64,000 nt of DNA, from positions 34,943-98,942 of the IMG/VR virus record IMGVR_UViG_2870083564_000004. One strand, 5' to 3'. Shown one piece after another: positions 18,900 through 29,306 of this stretch (positions within the stretch are counted from its first letter, which is position 1; every line of letters starts with the position of its first letter). The position numbers were made by a program, and so were the translations under genes. The DNA comes from a virus (Duplodnaviria; Heunggongvirae; Uroviricota; Caudoviricetes). A model generated the notes under the pieces. That model made no database searches. It worked only from the letters and a program-made list of their open reading frames with translations, and was not told the origin of the DNA.

Positions 18900-20284
18900 T
18901 TCGCCGCCTCCAGTTTCTCAATCCGTCTGAGCGCGTCCTGTAACGCCGCATCCGTCTCAATCAATCCGGCCAACAGCACGCCGACGGCATTCGTGTAACG
19001 GAAGGTCAGCGACGGGCGCCCGTTTGGCGGCCCGCTCTCACCAAAGATTTCCTTGCCGCTCTCGTCGTACTGACGCACGATGAAATCGCCGTCCTCATCG
19101 ATCTCCGGCCCCTCGCCGAGCAGCTCCGGGAAGTCCCACCACTCGTTCGCGATGACGCCCGCCTGTCGCCCTGCCTCCGGGCTGCTCTTTGGCAGATACG
19201 TCACCCCCCGCTTACCGCGCAGCCGCGCCATCACGTTCTCAAGCGTCCGGATATCGGATTTGAAAGCACGGTCGGACGCCTGATTGAAGTTCGATGCGGT
19301 CAACACGCCGAATGTCGTGGCGTTGTAGTTGACGCACTGCAACTCGGCGACCGAGGTGTTGTTGGAGATCCGAAGCTGCGCGCCGACGGTGTTGTTCAGC
19401 CCGGAAAATCCGAGGTAGCTGAGGCCGCCCATTCCGTTCAGGTACAGCGACGCTTGCGTATGAAGCCCTGTTGCACCGACGGCGATTTCCTGCGCCTGCG
19501 TGAACGTCTTCTTCGTCCCGACGTATTGCGGCGTGTCGAGCGTCATCGGTTGCGCAAGATTGCCGCTGTGCCAGAGATAGCCGAGGTATTTGCCGTCAAC
19601 CGTTGCCCCAAGCTGGCCGGCCGTCTTCTTCCCCCAGTCGAATCGGAGGGCGCTCCCCTTGGCGCATACCGTGACAACCTCGTCGTTGACGCGAAACGTA
19701 TGGTCGTTGAGTAGGTATTGGTACGATCCCCCTGCGTCCGGAGACCACCAACCCACCGACCCACTATTCCCGTAGAAATAGCCGGGCATCTTGCCGAGGT
19801 ACAAATGGCCTTCGTCGCTCGATTGCCCGGCCCGGATATCTCCACCTACAGTGAGATTTCCGCTGATAACTTCATCCGGCATCATCTTGCCGCGCTCAGC
19901 GGCGTGCCAGATCTTCACGCCGTCGGAGACGTACTTCACCCAGTCGCCGGTATTCAGCGACGTTAGCTGTGACATGTCGCCTGCCTGCAGTTTGATCGAT
20001 ACCTTCTGCTGCACGTTGAACAGGTGGATGCACGAATTCGGCCTCACAGACGCCGCGAGCGGCATACCGATTACCTTGCCTGCATCAGCCATCCACAGCC
20101 CATATCGCTTTCCGACGTCTTCGGGCCTGAGATCCGCGCTGTCGTTCAGAAATCCGAGATCGAGCGGGGTCGAACGCTCGACCACGTCGAAATTCTCGTT
20201 CGTCTTGATGTGCGCGACACGATTGTTGTCGCCGCCGCTTCCGCCGGGCGGCTCGCCCAAGATGATTTTTTGAAGAACCGACAT
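18896..20284 (-). CDS. tail fiber protein with C-terminal intramolecular chaperone (peptidase S74-like)
   Basis: C-terminus (SDRAFKSDIRTLENV...GVIANEWWDFPELL...RRIEKLEAAK) matches the self-cleaving chaperone domain. Start is at the internal MSVLQKIIL. Confidence 0.6.
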   Translation of the reverse strand: MSVLQKIILGEPPGGSGGDNNRVAHIKTNENFDVVERSTPLDLGFLNDSADLRPEDVGKRYGLWMADAGKVIGMPLAASVRPNSCIHLFNVQQKVSIKLQAGDMSQLTSLNTGDWVKYVSDGVKIWHAAERGKMMPDEVISGNLTVGGDIRAGQSSDEGHLYLGKMPGYFYGNSGSVGWWSPDAGGSYQYLLNDHTFRVNDEVVTVCAKGSALRFDWGKKTAGQLGATVDGKYLGYLWHSGNLAQPMTLDTPQYVGTKKTFTQAQEIAVGATGLHTQASLYLNGMGGLSYLGFSGLNNTVGAQLRISNNTSVAELQCVNYNATTFGVLTASNFNQASDRAFKSDIRTLENVMARLRGKRGVTYLPKSSPEAGRQAGVIANEWWDFPELLGEGPEIDEDGDFIVRQYDESGKEIFGESGPPNGRPSLTFRYTNAVGVLLAGLIETDAALQDALRRIEKLEAAK

Positions 20285-20292
20285 CTGATCTC

Positions 20293-20631
20293 CTACGCAG
20301 AAAACGTCTGTTCGAACTGCGCCGTCATCGTGTACGCGGCGCCGTTCTTGATCGGCTCGGAGTACTTCTCGCAGACGAACAACCCGCGCGCGCGAAGCGG
20401 CGGGGTCCAATAGAACGACTCCGCGCCCGCATGCCGATCGAGGAAATCGATAATTTCCGAGATCTTCGCCGCATTGCCGACAAACCGCAGGTTGAATGTC
20501 GACTCGCGATTGTTCAGGCCGTCCGCGGCCCGCTGCGTGTAGCCGTCGCCGAACTGGGCTTTGCGTACGCGCAACGTCGTATCGCCGCCGTGCCCCTGCA
20601 CCGTCGACGGCCATTCGAATGTGTCTTTCAT
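20293..20631 (-). CDS. minor tail protein M
   Basis: MKDTFEWP... resembles lambda gpM; the start directly follows the tape-measure stop. Confidence 0.6.
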   Translation of the reverse strand: MKDTFEWPSTVQGHGGDTTLRVRKAQFGDGYTQRAADGLNNRESTFNLRFVGNAAKISEIIDFLDRHAGAESFYWTPPLRARGLFVCEKYSEPIKNGAAYTMTAQFEQTFSA

Positions 20632-23600
20632 CCTGCCATCCCGTTTTGCGCTCTCCACAAGGTTCCGCCCTGCCGGCGTTCCCGTTGTATGAGCTCGCGT
20701 ATCATCTGTTCCAGTCTCTTTCGGAACTCGCCAACCGCAATTAGGCTCGCAGGGTTCGACGATCCGCCCTCGATCGAAACTGGCGCGCTGACCGAGATCC
20801 CGCCGTCGCGCGCCGGCGAATCCCCTTCTCCCGCGCTCCCGCCAACGAGCCCACCCGCGGCGAATCGCGCGAAGCCGGATCGTCCGCCCGCGTTCAATCG
20901 TTCGAGGTGTGCGCGCACGCCCGGCTGCGACACCACCGCGGCGCGGACCACGAACTCTCCGTTCGATAGCTGCGCCGGGATGCTGTCGCTCGTAGACGTT
21001 CCCGGCCCCCACACCGCACCGCCCGTCGCGAGATGAAAGCCGTACACGTTCGAACCGACAGCCGCGCTTGCGGCGCCACCAAGCGCGCCAACAGCATCGG
21101 AAACACCGCCAAAACCCAACGCGGAGCCGATCGTCCCGAACACCTGAGACATCGCCGCGCGCGCCGAAAACCGCGCAAGATCGGCGATCATGCTGTCGAC
21201 CAGCCCGCGGAAATTGAGCTTGCCCGACGTCGCGAACGACACGAGCGCATCCTCGGCATTGCGGAACGAACTCGTCAGCGCGTCCTCGGCCAACTGCGCA
21301 GCGTTCTGCGCCGATTCCTGATAAACCGCCAGTGCCCGCTTCACGCCAACGCGCCAGTCCGCCTGCAACGCGAGCCGCTGCTCGAGATACCCGCGCTCGC
21401 GCGCGACCTGCTCCGCCTCGGCCGTGTTGATGCGCTCGATCTCGGCGAGGTACTCGGGCGACCCGAGCGTGCCGTCTTTTCGCGCGCCCTTCGTCAATTC
21501 GTCCCGCCGACGGCGAAACTCGTCGCTCACACGATTGACCGCCTGATTCAGCTCGCGCGCGTTGTCACCCATCGACATTGCCGCAAGCTCGCGCTTCACG
21601 TCACGCTGACGTTCTGCCGCGTAGTCGCCGAGCTCCGCGTCGATCTGGGCGCTGCGCTCCTTCAGCTTGTTGATCGCGTCTCGATAGCGCACCTCCTTTT
21701 CCAACTGCGCCGCTTGCTCGTACATTCCGCGAATCGCCTGCTGATCACGAAGCAGGCTCTTGTCGTCGTCCGACAGCTTCTTGCGCTTGCCGCGTAGATC
21801 CGTCACCTTCTGATCGAACGCGAGGAGATCCTTTTGCGACTGCGTCAGCTTGTCGGTTGCAACCGCCTCGACGCGCAGTTGCGCAATCCGCTGCCGGATG
21901 TTGTCGAGCATGCGCTCGCTTTCCAGCGAATGAACACCGCCGGCCTTCGTGGCGCGAGCCGCGGCAGCGTTAGTTGAGACACGCGACGTCTGCGCAGCCG
22001 CAGACGCGACCGTCTCGTCGAAAGCCTGTTGCCCGCGCGCGGCTGCCGCGGCGCGTGCCGCGTCGGCATTGAAGCCGAATTTCTCGAATTTCTTGCTCGA
22101 CAGGTCGGCCTGGAACTCCTCAAGCGCCTTCGCGACCACCATCTGCTGATTCATCAGCGCGAGCTCGCGCGTCAGATTGTCGATGTTGGTTCGCGCCCCA
22201 GCCGCAGCCTTCGCGTCCTTGTCGGCGATCGCCTTTTCGAGGGACTTGTACGCATCCGCCCGTCCGGCGACGAGGCCAGCCATACGGGCCTGCGCGTCAT
22301 TTGCGCCCTTTGTCCGCGCTTCGTACTCGGCCTTCTGGCGGGCCGTCATACCGATGACGTCGGATTCCTCCCTGAGCTTGTGGACGTATTTCTCCCAAGC
22401 CTCCGATGCCATGCCGCCGGCAAAGAAGTTGCTTTCCTCCGCAAGCAAGCGAATTCCTGCAGCCGCATCGCGTCCGGATGCCCCCATCGCAGAAAGGGCC
22501 TCGGAGTTTTTCCGTGCCGCCCCTTCTGCCTTGTCGATCGCTTCGGCTGCGGAAATCAGAGACTCGCGAAGCTCAGCTCCACCGCCGGACGCCTTCACAA
22601 ATTCATCGATAAGCCCCAGCCGGGTTTTCGATTTCTCGACAACACTGTCGGTCGATGCCTCGACCGCGCGAAGAGACACGTTGAATTTGTCGACCGCTTC
22701 CTGCGCTTCCGGCGAGATGACAGCTATCCCGCCGTCCATTGACGCCGGCATAACCGCCTGCGTCGCCTTGAAAGCAAGCGTCTGATAGCCCGCCGCGGCA
22801 TCGGTATTTGCGCGCCGCCCAACCTTTTCAACACGAAGCCGCTCAGATTCCTGTAACAGTGGCGTCAGTTGCCGATATTTGTCGATGATCTGATCGAGCG
22901 GTGCCTGCATGTCGATCAGGCTCGACGTCGCACTGCTCGCGTTGTCGCGGAACAGCAACCAGTTCGCGGCGGCGCCGAGCGCGACCGAGCCCACGGTCGC
23001 CAGAATCCCCGGCAAGCCGCCGACTGCCGCCAGCAAGCCCGAGCCGACCGAGCGCATCATCGTGCCCGTACGCGCGAGCGCCGTCTGCGCCGTCGCCGCG
23101 CTTTCGGTCGCCGTCTTCAGCCCCGCCGCGCTCGCGGTCGCCGCGCGTTCTGCCCGCTCGCGAGCCTGCGTGGCAAGCGCAACATCGCGCTCGGCTTGCG
23201 CGAGGCCGCGATCCGTCTCGGCCAGCGACGCCGTATAACGCGCTTTGTCGATCGTGCCTTGCTTCGCCGCCGCCTCAAGCGCCGTCCGTCGCTGCTGCGC
23301 GAGCGCGAGCGACGCCTCGGCGCGCTCGAGTTCCTGCTGCGCGGCGGCGGTCTCGCGAGCGATGATCGCCGCATAGGGCATGCCCACGATGCGCGCGCCG
23401 ATTTCCTGACTGCTGGCAACGTTCGCACGCGCCGTCGCGACGTGCGCTTGCGCCGCCGCCTCGACGGCACGCGCTTCGGCAAGCTTCGCTTCGGTGTACT
23501 TGATCGAACCGGCCGTCAACGCCGACTGCATCGCGAGGCTTTCGCGCATCGCGCGCATGCCCGCGAGTTCGGCCTGTGCTGCCGCCTCCGCTGCCTGCGC

Positions 23601-24692
23601 GTTTTGAAGCTTCGCCGCAGCAGCAGCTCGATCGCCCTGCGCTTTGGCGAGCGCCGCCTGCGCCGCCTCATGCTGCTTGATCGTCTCCTCGACGAGCGCT
23701 CGCCGGGCGCCGACCCACGCTGTCGCCGCCTGTGTCGCCGCGACTGCGGATTGCCCGAAGTACACGGCGATCCGCCCGGCCGCGAGCGATACGCCGAGCT
23801 TCACGATACCGTCGAGGTGATCCGCGACGTACGTGATCCCCTCCGCAAGCCTCGCGCTCGCGCCCGTCGCTTGATCCGACTCGCCGATATACTTGACGAT
23901 CTCCGTCTGCAGGCGCGTCATCGTCTGCCCGACCGTCGCCTGCATTTTCTCGAACAGCGCATCCGTGCCGCCCGCCGCGCGCTTCAGCGCCTCGACGAGA
24001 TTACCGACGGTCAGCTTTCCCTCTTCGGCCATCGACTTGAGCTGCGCCGAACTCTTGCCCATGCCGCGCGCGATAGCATCCGCGACGCCCGGCAACTCTT
24101 CGAGCACGCTATTCAGATCCTGACCGCGCAACTGCCCCGCCGCGAATGCTTGCCCAAGCTGCACGAGCCCCATGCGGGCAGTATCTGCCGAGACACCCGA
24201 CAACGCGACCGCCTTGCTGATCGTGGTGACAAGCGGGCCGACCTGTTTGATAGACAACCCGAGATGCGACGCGTTGTTCGCGATCCGCTGATACAGCTCG
24301 GCCGTCGCGTCGAGCGGCTGCCGAGTATCGCGCGCGATGCGCAGCACATCGTTCTGCGCGACCGCGAAATCGATCTGATCCCGCGTGACGATCCGGAGCC
24401 GGTTGCTCAAGTTCGTCCACTCGTCGGCGTACTCGATCAACTGATGCACGCCGAACGCTGCCGCGGCGGCTTGCGCGTATTCACGGATCGAGCCGCGTGC
24501 CGCGTCGAGCGCGCGCACCGTGACCTGCACACTCGCCGCATTCGAAGCAAATGCCGCGTCTGCCGTGCGCCCGCCGTCGCGCACTGCATTGAAATACGAG
24601 CCGGCCGTCGACGAGAGACCGCGCATGCGGCGGTCGTATTCGGTCGTATTCGCCGTGACGCTGACGATCAGCTCGCGAAGGCTCGTTGCCAT
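20628..24692 (-). CDS. tail tape measure protein
   Basis: 1354 aa, Ala/Gln-rich coiled coil, placed between the G/T chaperones and M. Confidence 0.8.
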   Translation of the reverse strand: MATSLRELIVSVTANTTEYDRRMRGLSSTAGSYFNAVRDGGRTADAAFASNAASVQVTVRALDAARGSIREYAQAAAAAFGVHQLIEYADEWTNLSNRLRIVTRDQIDFAVAQNDVLRIARDTRQPLDATAELYQRIANNASHLGLSIKQVGPLVTTISKAVALSGVSADTARMGLVQLGQAFAAGQLRGQDLNSVLEELPGVADAIARGMGKSSAQLKSMAEEGKLTVGNLVEALKRAAGGTDALFEKMQATVGQTMTRLQTEIVKYIGESDQATGASARLAEGITYVADHLDGIVKLGVSLAAGRIAVYFGQSAVAATQAATAWVGARRALVEETIKQHEAAQAALAKAQGDRAAAAAKLQNAQAAEAAAQAELAGMRAMRESLAMQSALTAGSIKYTEAKLAEARAVEAAAQAHVATARANVASSQEIGARIVGMPYAAIIARETAAAQQELERAEASLALAQQRRTALEAAAKQGTIDKARYTASLAETDRGLAQAERDVALATQARERAERAATASAAGLKTATESAATAQTALARTGTMMRSVGSGLLAAVGGLPGILATVGSVALGAAANWLLFRDNASSATSSLIDMQAPLDQIIDKYRQLTPLLQESERLRVEKVGRRANTDAAAGYQTLAFKATQAVMPASMDGGIAVISPEAQEAVDKFNVSLRAVEASTDSVVEKSKTRLGLIDEFVKASGGGAELRESLISAAEAIDKAEGAARKNSEALSAMGASGRDAAAGIRLLAEESNFFAGGMASEAWEKYVHKLREESDVIGMTARQKAEYEARTKGANDAQARMAGLVAGRADAYKSLEKAIADKDAKAAAGARTNIDNLTRELALMNQQMVVAKALEEFQADLSSKKFEKFGFNADAARAAAAARGQQAFDETVASAAAQTSRVSTNAAAARATKAGGVHSLESERMLDNIRQRIAQLRVEAVATDKLTQSQKDLLAFDQKVTDLRGKRKKLSDDDKSLLRDQQAIRGMYEQAAQLEKEVRYRDAINKLKERSAQIDAELGDYAAERQRDVKRELAAMSMGDNARELNQAVNRVSDEFRRRRDELTKGARKDGTLGSPEYLAEIERINTAEAEQVARERGYLEQRLALQADWRVGVKRALAVYQESAQNAAQLAEDALTSSFRNAEDALVSFATSGKLNFRGLVDSMIADLARFSARAAMSQVFGTIGSALGFGGVSDAVGALGGAASAAVGSNVYGFHLATGGAVWGPGTSTSDSIPAQLSNGEFVVRAAVVSQPGVRAHLERLNAGGRSGFARFAAGGLVGGSAGEGDSPARDGGISVSAPVSIEGGSSNPASLIAVGEFRKRLEQMIRELIQRERRQGGTLWRAQNGMAG

Positions 24693-24705
24693 AGTGTTTT
24701 CTCGC

Positions 24706-24984
24706 CTACTTTGCCATGCGCATCAGGGCGGCTTGAAACGAATCACCGCCCCCTTCCTCTGCCGTCGCGTGCTCACCGGACCATTTCGGCATCATGTCCG
24801 ACACCTTGACCTTGGCACCCTGCGACTGAAACGCCGCCGCCGCGATCATCGCCGCATGCAGATCCGCACGATCGTCTGCAACCGGCGATTCCGCGTCGAA
24901 CCCGATCCAGAGACTCAGCTCGGCAGACGACATCTGCTCGCGCAGCTCGGCCAACGTCTTGCCGAGCCGCAGCGCGAGCGACAT
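24706..24984 (-). CDS. tail assembly chaperone T segment (expressed as G-T fusion and/or separately)
   Basis: Lies in the -1 frame relative to G; the ATG overlaps the G stop (TGATG). Confidence 0.5.
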   Translation of the reverse strand: MSLALRLGKTLAELREQMSSAELSLWIGFDAESPVADDRADLHAAMIAAAAFQSQGAKVKVSDMMPKWSGEHATAEEGGGDSFQAALMRMAK

Positions 24985-25454
24985 CAGGAAGCGGAGGCCT
25001 GGGGTTCGGCGGAAGGCTTTTTTGCGTCTTCAACCGGATCGACGTCGAGCTTGCCGAATTCGAGCGCCTTCACGACAATGCGGTTGTGCACGGGGCCGAA
25101 CGCCGTCGCGACTGCGGTCGCGTCGCCGTCCGAGAACAGCCGTCGCCAGCCGTCCAGCGTTTCACCGAACACGACGCGAACGAACAGTCGCGCATTCGCC
25201 TGCATGTGCGCGTCGTCGCTTGCGCGCGTGAACTTCTCGCGAACAGCCATCTCGTCGTCGCCCTCCGTCACCCCGGCGATGTCCCGAAGCGCTTCGATCC
25301 AGAACATGCGGTCGCCGACGGTCGGCTCGCGCACAGCGATCCTTTCGTTGTTCCATTCCGGTACGCTCATCAGTTCGTGCCGCCAACCGATCAGCGGGTT
25401 CAGCACCGCCGCGCGCAAATTCGCGACGCCTTGGTTTTCGCTTTCCATGCTCAT
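24984..25454 (-). CDS. tail assembly chaperone G
   Basis: Position between the major tail protein and the tape measure; acidic, about 156 aa. Confidence 0.55.
   Translation of the reverse strand: MSMESENQGVANLRAAVLNPLIGWRHELMSVPEWNNERIAVREPTVGDRMFWIEALRDIAGVTEGDDEMAVREKFTRASDDAHMQANARLFVRVVFGETLDGWRRLFSDGDATAVATAFGPVHNRIVVKALEFGKLDVDPVEDAKKPSAEPQASAS
25017..25023 (-). promoter_or_regulatory. -1 programmed ribosomal frameshift slippery heptamer A_AAA_AAG (G to G-T fusion)
   Basis: The G frame reads gcA AAA AAG 12 codons before its stop. A -1 slip here enters the T frame. Confidence 0.55.
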
Positions 25455-25474
25455 CTCCTATCTGCGTTTCGGAA

Positions 25475-25930
25475 TTACGCCGCCGGCGGCGGCACGAGCT
25501 TCGGCGCGCCGCTCACGCGAACGCTGTACGTCGCCGAGATCAGCCCATTGACCGACGCCGCCCACGTGTACTGACGCACCATGCCGGCGAACAGAAACTG
25601 CGATTTGTCGGCGAACGTGACGCGGAACACGTGCTTTTCGCCCGTCGCACGCGCGGCACGCAGAATGTTCTGCCCTTCGTCGCTCGACTGGTAATTGCCG
25701 TCGACCGAGAATTCGCCCGGATCGGGCAAGCCGAGCTCGGATTCCTTTTCGTCGCTCGCGAACGTCGTCGCGTCGATTTCTTCCGACTGCCCGCCCTGCC
25801 ACTGGATCTGTTTGCCCGTCGCGCTCAGATCGACGAACACCAGATCGGCCGCGTCGAGATCGGTCGACGCCAATTTCGAGACCTCCACCTTGGTCCCCTG
25901 TGCCTTGGTGCGCTTGCTCTTGTCAGCCAT
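25475..25930 (-). CDS. major tail (tube) protein
   Basis: 151 aa; the position and composition are those of a siphovirus major tail protein. Confidence 0.55.
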   Translation of the reverse strand: MADKSKRTKAQGTKVEVSKLASTDLDAADLVFVDLSATGKQIQWQGGQSEEIDATTFASDEKESELGLPDPGEFSVDGNYQSSDEGQNILRAARATGEKHVFRVTFADKSQFLFAGMVRQYTWAASVNGLISATYSVRVSGAPKLVPPPAA

Positions 25931-25993
25931 AAGCCCCTCACAAATGAAAAAAGGCCCGCGCGCGGCGGGCCAAAAGAACCGTCGTGTCGTCGG

Positions 25994-26341
25994 TCAGAAC
26001 GCGACCGACAGTTCCAAGCTGATACGGAACAATCCCGTGTCCGCCAAGTAGTCGTCCGGCAATTCATCGACGCCGCCGACTGAAAACTGATCCTGCACCG
26101 ACATCGCGCGATCGACCGCCAAGTCGGCAAGCCGATCGGCGTCAGTGAACGTCGGCGCGTAGCAGTCGACCTGAAAGGAACCCGAGCGACCACCCGTCGG
26201 CCCGAAGAGCGACATGTCGAGCTCACCATGTACGCGCGTCACGACGAAGTACGGCGCCTGCGCTTTCGGCGGTGCGACGCCGATATATCCCTTCGCGCCG
26301 CCTATGCCCTGTAGGGCGTCACGGATAACGATCGTGCTCAC
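25994..26341 (-). CDS. tail terminator / tail completion protein (DUF3168-like)
   Basis: Position and size only (115 aa). Confidence 0.4.
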   Translation of the reverse strand: MSTIVIRDALQGIGGAKGYIGVAPPKAQAPYFVVTRVHGELDMSLFGPTGGRSGSFQVDCYAPTFTDADRLADLAVDRAMSVQDQFSVGGVDELPDDYLADTGLFRISLELSVAF

Positions 26342-26760
26342 CGCCGCCCTCCGAGCGCACGATCGATCGCGTGCGCCAGCTCAGTGCGAATCGCTCCTTC
26401 GGCGTCCGCGATCGACGCATCGAACGCCGGCCGCATAAACGGCTGTGCCTTCATGTACTGCGTGCCGAACTCGTCGAAGCGCCAGTAAAACGCGTTGTTC
26501 GGCGAATCGGCCTTGCCCTTCGTCCGGACACGCACGCCTGCGGTCGCCAAGCCCGAAGCGTCTTTCTGTCGAAGTGCGGCCGAGACGATGTTTCGGCGCA
26601 GCTTCCCGGTTTTCTTCGGTGCGCGCTTACGCGCCTCGTCGCGGATGATGGCTGCACCCGCGAGCGTCGCTTTCCGCAACGCAGCGCGCGACTGCGATTT
26701 CGCGAGCCGTTCGAAGTCGACCCGAAGGTCGTTCAAGCCAACGATCTGCACACTAGACAT
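26338..26760 (-). CDS. HK97 gp10-family head-tail joining protein
   Basis: VGLNDLRVDFERL ... YWRFDEFGTQYMKAQPFMRPAF. Confidence 0.55.
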   Translation of the reverse strand: MSSVQIVGLNDLRVDFERLAKSQSRAALRKATLAGAAIIRDEARKRAPKKTGKLRRNIVSAALRQKDASGLATAGVRVRTKGKADSPNNAFYWRFDEFGTQYMKAQPFMRPAFDASIADAEGAIRTELAHAIDRALGGRR

Positions 26761-27079
26761 ACTTTTCTCCCACCTTCACCGACAGGTCGAGATACCCGCG
26801 TTTGCGCGAGGGCAGTACCGCCGTGATGTCGTAGAGCCTGCCGTCGTAGCGGACACGCATCTGTTCGTCGATGCCAGCCCGACAGCGAATGCGCATGCTC
26901 GCGACCGTTGCCCCGCGAACCGCACCGGAAATGACATGTTCTTTTCCGTTCAGGAAACGCACATCGGCCCACGGTCGCGCATGCACGACCCATGCCCCCG
27001 GAATCGGCTCATCGTTCTCATTCATCTCACCGCTCGGCCGCTCGATGACGATCCGCTCCTTCAATTTCCCAGCTTCCAT
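26753..27079 (-). CDS. head-tail adaptor / head closure protein
   Basis: Internal start MEAGKLKERIVIERP; the PWADVRFLNGKE...YDITAV pattern matches the SPP1 gp16-like family. Confidence 0.45.
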   Translation of the reverse strand: MEAGKLKERIVIERPSGEMNENDEPIPGAWVVHARPWADVRFLNGKEHVISGAVRGATVASMRIRCRAGIDEQMRVRYDGRLYDITAVLPSRKRGYLDLSVKVGEKYV

Positions 27080-27645
27080 CAGAACCTCGGCGGAACAGTG
27101 ATCGGATTGAGCAGGACGTCCGCATATCCGCCCGGCATGTCTCCTATGGGCTGCCCCTCCGAGAAGATCTCTCGATGGTCGTAGGCCCATGCGGCCGCGA
27201 GCAGCATCCAAGATCGCACCGACGGATATCGCGCAAGGTCGACGCCTGCCTGGTACGTGATCGTCACGGCGCGCGCGAAAGGCCAACGCGCTTGCCCCGA
27301 AGGAACAAGAAGCGTCTCTCGCCCCAACTGAACAAGCTCGAAGGCGTCGGTGCCGAGCGTCGTTGTCGCTCCGGACGCATCGCGGATCTCAACGCTGTCG
27401 ACACCGATAACCTGCCCGACGGACAATGGGAACTCGCTCGGCGGAAATGCCGGCAGGCGCTCCACGTAGCGCGCCTTGCGTATCGCGGCGCCGGACTTGC
27501 TCTCGGCCGCTTGCCGCGCGCCGGGGATCACGATTCGCTCGACGAAATCCCGTTCATCGTTGTCATCGATGCGGCACTGAAAAGCGACATCCTCGAACGT
27601 TAGCGGCTCCGCGTCGTCCAGATATTCGACGAGAACAGCAGCCAT
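27079..27645 (-). CDS. head-tail connector protein (gp6-like)
   Basis: MAAVLVEYLDDAEPLTFEDVAFQCRIDDNDE is the typical gp6-like N-terminus. Confidence 0.5.
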   Translation of the reverse strand: MAAVLVEYLDDAEPLTFEDVAFQCRIDDNDERDFVERIVIPGARQAAESKSGAAIRKARYVERLPAFPPSEFPLSVGQVIGVDSVEIRDASGATTTLGTDAFELVQLGRETLLVPSGQARWPFARAVTITYQAGVDLARYPSVRSWMLLAAAWAYDHREIFSEGQPIGDMPGGYADVLLNPITVPPRF

Positions 27646-27651
27646 ACCGCG

Positions 27652-27837
27652 TTACCCCTTCGCTGCGATGGGCTTGGCGCTTTCACCCTTCGTCGGCGCT
27701 TTCGCGCCCTTCGCATCCGCCTCGTGAGTCGCGGCAATCTCGGCGTCGACAAGTTTGTCCGCGTACTCGTCGTCGAACCCTGCGATGTCGCCGGGCGTGT
27801 ACTTCCCGTAATGCCGCTCGATCCTGATCACTTTCAT
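27652..27837 (-). CDS. small head-associated protein
   Basis: 61 aa, between the capsid and connector genes. Confidence 0.3.
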   Translation of the reverse strand: MKVIRIERHYGKYTPGDIAGFDDEYADKLVDAEIAATHEADAKGAKAPTKGESAKPIAAKG

Positions 27838-27896
27838 GCTTTTCTCCGATACGCGGCCCGCTCACGAATGAACCGGCCGCGCGGTTACAGCGTCGC

Positions 27897-29204
27897 TTAC
27901 GCGCCCCACGCCACGCCAGCCAGCACCGCGATCGACTCGACGTGACGCGGGCCGAAATCGTTCTTCGCGATCACGCGGATCAGCGTCTGATCGCGCTGGA
28001 AAGCGCTCACCACGTTGCCATCGGCGTCCTTGTAGGTGGCTTCCTTGCTGTAGTCGATCTCCAGCGTTTCATCCTCGCCGATGAAGACGTCGCCGAAGTC
28101 GGTGAAGTAGATCTCCGACTCCTTGCCGGATTCACCGAGATTGATCGGCACTTGCGTCGTTTTCCCAACCGGGTAGCCCTTCAGCATGCCGTTGGCGAGT
28201 TCCGGATAGACCTTGTTGCCGTTCCCGTCGCGCAGGCCCTCAAGGTAGCGGAACGTGCGCGGGGCCATGATCCAGCCGGGCTGCGTCAGATTGGCGTCGG
28301 CGTTTTCGAGCGCGAGAATGGCCTTACCGAGATCCGTCTCGATCTTCTGCAGCGTCGAACCGTCGCTTGCCTTGAGGACGTTGCCGTCGAGCGCCCAGAA
28401 GCGCAGGCCCTTCGGCGTATTTGCCGTACCGTCGTCGCGGATGAATGCCTTGTCCTCGCGTGCGCCAATTGCAGCGGTAAGGTCGCCGACCACGATCTGA
28501 TCGACGTTCGGATTCACGCCGGCATACTTGATGAGATCGTTCGCGATCGGCACCAGCGCGGCCATCTTCTTCGCCGTCAGTTTCAGGTCGCCGAACTGTT
28601 GCTGCGTCGTCGGGATATCAGTGTCGGCGCCGATGTAGCCGACGATCGCGCCGCCCTTCAGGCGCGGGATGGTGATGTTGCCGTTCGATAGCGGCAGCGT
28701 ACGCGCGCCGAGCTTGCGAACGACGGACTTCGGACGCAGCAGTTCGATGACCTCGCTCGACAGGTTCTCTGGCACCAGGACGCCGCCCGCGCCCGGCGAA
28801 AGGGTGTTAAGCGACATCGCGACTTCCTCGCCGAAACCGCGCTCGATCGCCAGTTTCGCCGCGAGCTGCGCGTCGCCGCGCGCCGCCGCGAGTGCGCGCA
28901 CCATGCGCGCCATCTTCGCGCCCTTCACTTCCGGCGCCTTCGGCTGTGCATGCACGGCCGCGGCGGCCGGTGCTGCGACGGCGGCCGGATTCGGGCCGAC
29001 CGGAACGGCTGCCGCAGCGGCCATGCGTTCGGCGGCTTCCGCGCGCTCGATCTGGGCGGTCAGTTCGTTGAACTTCGAGCTGAGTTGGTTGAATTCGGTC
29101 TGTTGCTCGACCGACAGCGCCGTGCCGCTCACCTCGATCTGTGCCAGCGCTTGCACCCGCTGATTGATGGCTGCGCGTTCGCGGCGAAGTTCATTGACGT
29201 TCAC
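27897..29204 (-). CDS. major capsid protein, HK97 family
   Basis: 435 aa with an N-terminal coiled-coil scaffold-like segment and the HK97 fold signature region. Confidence 0.85.
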   Translation of the reverse strand: MNVNELRRERAAINQRVQALAQIEVSGTALSVEQQTEFNQLSSKFNELTAQIERAEAAERMAAAAAVPVGPNPAAVAAPAAAAVHAQPKAPEVKGAKMARMVRALAAARGDAQLAAKLAIERGFGEEVAMSLNTLSPGAGGVLVPENLSSEVIELLRPKSVVRKLGARTLPLSNGNITIPRLKGGAIVGYIGADTDIPTTQQQFGDLKLTAKKMAALVPIANDLIKYAGVNPNVDQIVVGDLTAAIGAREDKAFIRDDGTANTPKGLRFWALDGNVLKASDGSTLQKIETDLGKAILALENADANLTQPGWIMAPRTFRYLEGLRDGNGNKVYPELANGMLKGYPVGKTTQVPINLGESGKESEIYFTDFGDVFIGEDETLEIDYSKEATYKDADGNVVSAFQRDQTLIRVIAKNDFGPRHVESIAVLAGVAWGA

Positions 29205-29306
29205 TACTCTTCTCCAAAAAAAATGCCGCCCAAAGGCGGCAGTGCTTGACTGAGACGCGAACGCGCTCCAGTGTTGAATGACGAAAATCCGATTTCTGAC
29301 GACTGG

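Noticed and set aside
20631-21012. N-terminal 127-codon extension of the gpM-like ORF
   Set aside because: The extension is Arg-rich and overlaps the tape-measure 3' end; the MKDTFEW start directly after the tape-measure stop fits both homology and gene order.
22869-24809. 646-aa + strand ORF antisense to the tape-measure gene
   Set aside because: Arg-rich, low-complexity, and fully overlaps a strongly supported 1354-aa tape measure on the other strand.
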